Below are positions 61,586 to 64,000 of a DNA stretch of 64,000 bases, in pieces. Source of the stretch: Promethearchaeota archaeon (lineage in GTDB: Archaea > Asgardarchaeota > Lokiarchaeia > Sigyniarchaeales > SOKP01); the NCBI GenBank assembly GCA_016839705.1, contig JAEOTR010000006.1, forward strand, positions 32,001 to 96,000. Direction: 5' to 3'. Both the position numbers and the translations under genes were made by a program. Position 1 is the stretch's first letter. The number at the start of each line of letters is the position of its first letter. Under the pieces are notes generated by a model. The model had not been told where the DNA came from. It saw nothing but the letters and a program-made list of their open reading frames with translations, and searched no databases.

Positions 61586-62554
61586 TTGGTTGAAAAAATG
61601 ACGGTTATAATCCCCAAGAAAGTTTATTTAACTATTGTAGCTGCAGCTGTGAGATTTGCTAATGCTCGTATACCAAAAAACGATTGGCTTGAAGTGAGTG
61701 GTATTTTTACAGGAAGAAATGAAGGTGATAATGTTATAGTTTCAGCTGCTTACCCAATTATGCATCAAGAATTAGATAAAGATGCTGTAATCGATCAATA
61801 TAAATGGAGTGATGAAGATTATGAGTCTCTTTATATTATTGATGAAGAAGCATTCTCACGAGATCCTCCTGAATTTGTACTTGGTTGGTGGCACAGTCAT
61901 CCTGGATTTAAAGTCATGATGTCACATATTGATATTCGCACTACACTATCTTATCAACAAAGCAATCCTTTAGCACTTTCACTTGTATTTAATCCAATAA
62001 GGTTAATTCGTCAAATTGAAGTTGCAGATAAAAAAGGAGATCCAGATACACAATTAAAAAGCGATCCAGGTTTTAAGATATTCAGACTAGATAATGTATC
62101 TAGTGGTATAGAAGCATCCTATCATCCTGTGGAGTATTCAATTGAAGGGTACGATAGCATGGAACAACTCATAAGTTTAACACAAAAATTCATTATAGAT
62201 GTCACCAACTTGTTTCCAAAGGAGAATGTACCTCAGACTTATGAAAAGATAATTGAGGAACGAATTGAACAACTGAATTCATTATTGTTGGGAACTGAAG
62301 AGTATTTGACAACATTAACTCGACATGGAGAAACTCAACGTATTCCGAGAGTATTAGAAAATCAATCTCAAGAAATCTATAAATTTGTTGAAGAAACTAA
62401 TGGACGCATTAATTTCATTAAACAATTCATGGAATACATAGAATATAAAGAAAAAGAAGCAATTATTCCTCAAGTAGAGAAAACTTTATCAAAGTGGAGT
62501 GGAGTTTTAGCGGACTTGGACAAAAAACTTAAAGAATTATTTAAGAAATTCTAA
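61586..62554 (+). CDS. MPN+/JAMM (Rpn11/CSN5-like) protein
   Basis: LEVSG...GWWHSHPGFKVMMSHID. Confidence 0.88.
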   Translation: MVEKMTVIIPKKVYLTIVAAAVRFANARIPKNDWLEVSGIFTGRNEGDNVIVSAAYPIMHQELDKDAVIDQYKWSDEDYESLYIIDEEAFSRDPPEFVLGWWHSHPGFKVMMSHIDIRTTLSYQQSNPLALSLVFNPIRLIRQIEVADKKGDPDTQLKSDPGFKIFRLDNVSSGIEASYHPVEYSIEGYDSMEQLISLTQKFIIDVTNLFPKENVPQTYEKIIEERIEQLNSLLLGTEEYLTTLTRHGETQRIPRVLENQSQEIYKFVEETNGRINFIKQFMEYIEYKEKEAIIPQVEKTLSKWSGVLADLDKKLKELFKKF

Positions 62555-62691
62555 ATTTTATTGCTGTAAAAAATATTTTTCATCTTATTTTTAATTTTGA
62601 TATCTTTTTATTTGATTAAGCGTTATTTTGATTAAGAAAACTACGATTTTCTATATTTAAACCGTAGGAAATAAATGAAACTTCTTATATT

Positions 62692-64000
62692 ATGAAAAAA
62701 CTTAATTTTCCATTCACAGCTATTCTTGGGCAAGATAAAATGAGGATGGGTTTGATTCTTAACGTGATTGACCCCCAAATAGGGGGGATCCTTTTAACTG
62801 GCCATCAAGGTACAGGAAAGAGCACTGCTGTTCGAAGTCTTGTAGAATTGATGCCCCAAATAGAAGTCATTAAACAATGTGAATTTTCGTGTGACCCTCA
62901 TTCTGATATTGATGATTTGTGTACAAATTGTATAGAAAAAAAAGAAAAAGGTCAAATTGATACCGAACTCCGGGATATGTGGTTAGTTAATCTTCCTCTT
63001 GGAGTTACTGAAGATATGGTGTGTGGATCATTATCTATTGATAAAGTTCTTACAGAAGGAATAAGAGCTTTACATCCTGGTTTATTAGCAAAAGCAAATC
63101 GAGGAATTTTATATGTAGATGAAATAAATTTACTTCAAGATCATATTGTTGATGTACTTTTAGATTCTGCGGCTTCTGGAGTAAACATAATTGAACGAGA
63201 GGGAATATCTGTTTCTCACCCTTCAAGATTTGTTTTGGTGGGTAGTATGAATCCAGAAGAAGGTGATTTAAGACCTCAAATTGCAGATCGTCTCGGTCTA
63301 GAAGTTAGAATCAAAGCTCCAAGAGATTCTAAATTAAGAGCAGAGATCACTGAAAGAGTTATTAAATTTGATGATAATCCGAAAGAATTTATTAAAGAGT
63401 TTGATGATGAACAAGAAAAATTAAGACAAAAAATTATAAATGCTCGAAAAGTGTTAAAAGATGTTCAAATCCCTAGTACTGTTTATGAGTTTGTATCTCA
63501 AATTGTAAGTGAATTAGAAATCTTTTCTCAAAGAGCAGATATTACTTTTATAAGATGTGCTCGAGCTCATGCTGCTTTAAACTCTCGAAAAAATATTATT
63601 GAGGAAGATTTAAATGCTGCTATGGATCTTGTATTTGAACATAGAATTCAATCACTCCATTATGAAATGACTCCTGTGGAGATAAAATCAAAAATTGCTG
63701 AAGTTTACGGAAAAATAAAAGAAGCGTATGAGAATACAAATGTACTTCAACCTAACAGAGAAACAGAAGGGCCTTTAAAACATGATAACTCTTCGCAAAC
63801 GGAGTTCAAACGTCAATCTGTTGATCCTGACAAAGTAGATATTCCCGAAACAGAAGAACAAAAGCTTCCACCCCCAAAATATCCTGATAATAAGAAACGT
63901 AATCCAAAACCCGCTGGTGGCTGGAAGGTGAAGAATATTCCTACTGATGGAGATTTGAAATTTTTTGAGGCCAAGAGCGATTCAATGCCGTTTATATATC
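62692..64000 (+). CDS. ChlI/ChlD-like chelatase AAA+ subunit, partial (runs off the window edge)
   Basis: Manual translation: FPFTAILGQ, GHQGTGKST, PGLLAKANRGILYVDEINLL and GSMNPEEG, then an acidic/Pro-rich linker; no stop before 64000. Confidence 0.88.
   Translation, partial: MKKLNFPFTAILGQDKMRMGLILNVIDPQIGGILLTGHQGTGKSTAVRSLVELMPQIEVIKQCEFSCDPHSDIDDLCTNCIEKKEKGQIDTELRDMWLVNLPLGVTEDMVCGSLSIDKVLTEGIRALHPGLLAKANRGILYVDEINLLQDHIVDVLLDSAASGVNIIEREGISVSHPSRFVLVGSMNPEEGDLRPQIADRLGLEVRIKAPRDSKLRAEITERVIKFDDNPKEFIKEFDDEQEKLRQKIINARKVLKDVQIPSTVYEFVSQIVSELEIFSQRADITFIRCARAHAALNSRKNIIEEDLNAAMDLVFEHRIQSLHYEMTPVEIKSKIAEVYGKIKEAYENTNVLQPNRETEGPLKHDNSSQTEFKRQSVDPDKVDIPETEEQKLPPPKYPDNKKRNPKPAGGWKVKNIPTDGDLKFFEAKSDSMPFIY

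Noticed and set aside
53538-62554. CysM + JAB protease + MoaD as a CysO/Mec-type cysteine pathway
   Set aside because: The MPN proteins are long and Rpn11-like and are not in an operon with cysM; moaD sits in the Moco cluster about 28 kb away
1-64000. tRNA, rRNA, CRISPR arrays and IS/transposases
   Set aside because: No cloverleafs, GC-rich structural RNA blocks, regularly spaced repeats or transposase motifs seen by eye

Overview
AT-rich (roughly 30% GC by eye), densely coding archaeal chromosome segment. It is most consistent with an Asgard archaeon of the Lokiarchaeia type. The evidence is a Rab-like small GTPase, three Rpn11/CSN5-like MPN proteins, surface proteins with IPGF/IPGY-TM-basic sorting tails, a receiver/longin-like fusion, NreA and AfpA. 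The window holds a tungsten-type aldehyde:ferredoxin oxidoreductase and lipid/acyl-CoA metabolism genes. It also has a MoxR-vWA pair, an FTR1 iron permease, a complete tupABC + moaC-moaA-moaD-moaE-moeA-moaB-moeA cluster and an iscS / beta-CASP nuclease / iscU / iscU cluster. Further right lie a CotH-VTC-DUF4956 operon, copA, a cysteine synthase, the MPN cluster and the start of a ChlD-like chelatase. I saw no rRNA, tRNA, CRISPR array or IS element. The top finding is in the first iscU, which is interrupted by a 27-nt insert (42326-42352) containing an in-frame UGA. The insert folds with its flanks into a canonical bulge-helix-bulge (BHB) motif. Cutting it at the standard archaeal tRNA-splicing-endonuclease positions restores the conserved GNPTCGD motif exactly, so this is a candidate spliced pre-mRNA intron in an Asgard Fe-S scaffold gene. 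Other leads are a possible -1 frameshift or ATA start at MoxR-vWA, recurrent ATA/ATT starts, ModE-like operators, an MPN+/MPN- pair and a decayed AOR duplicate.
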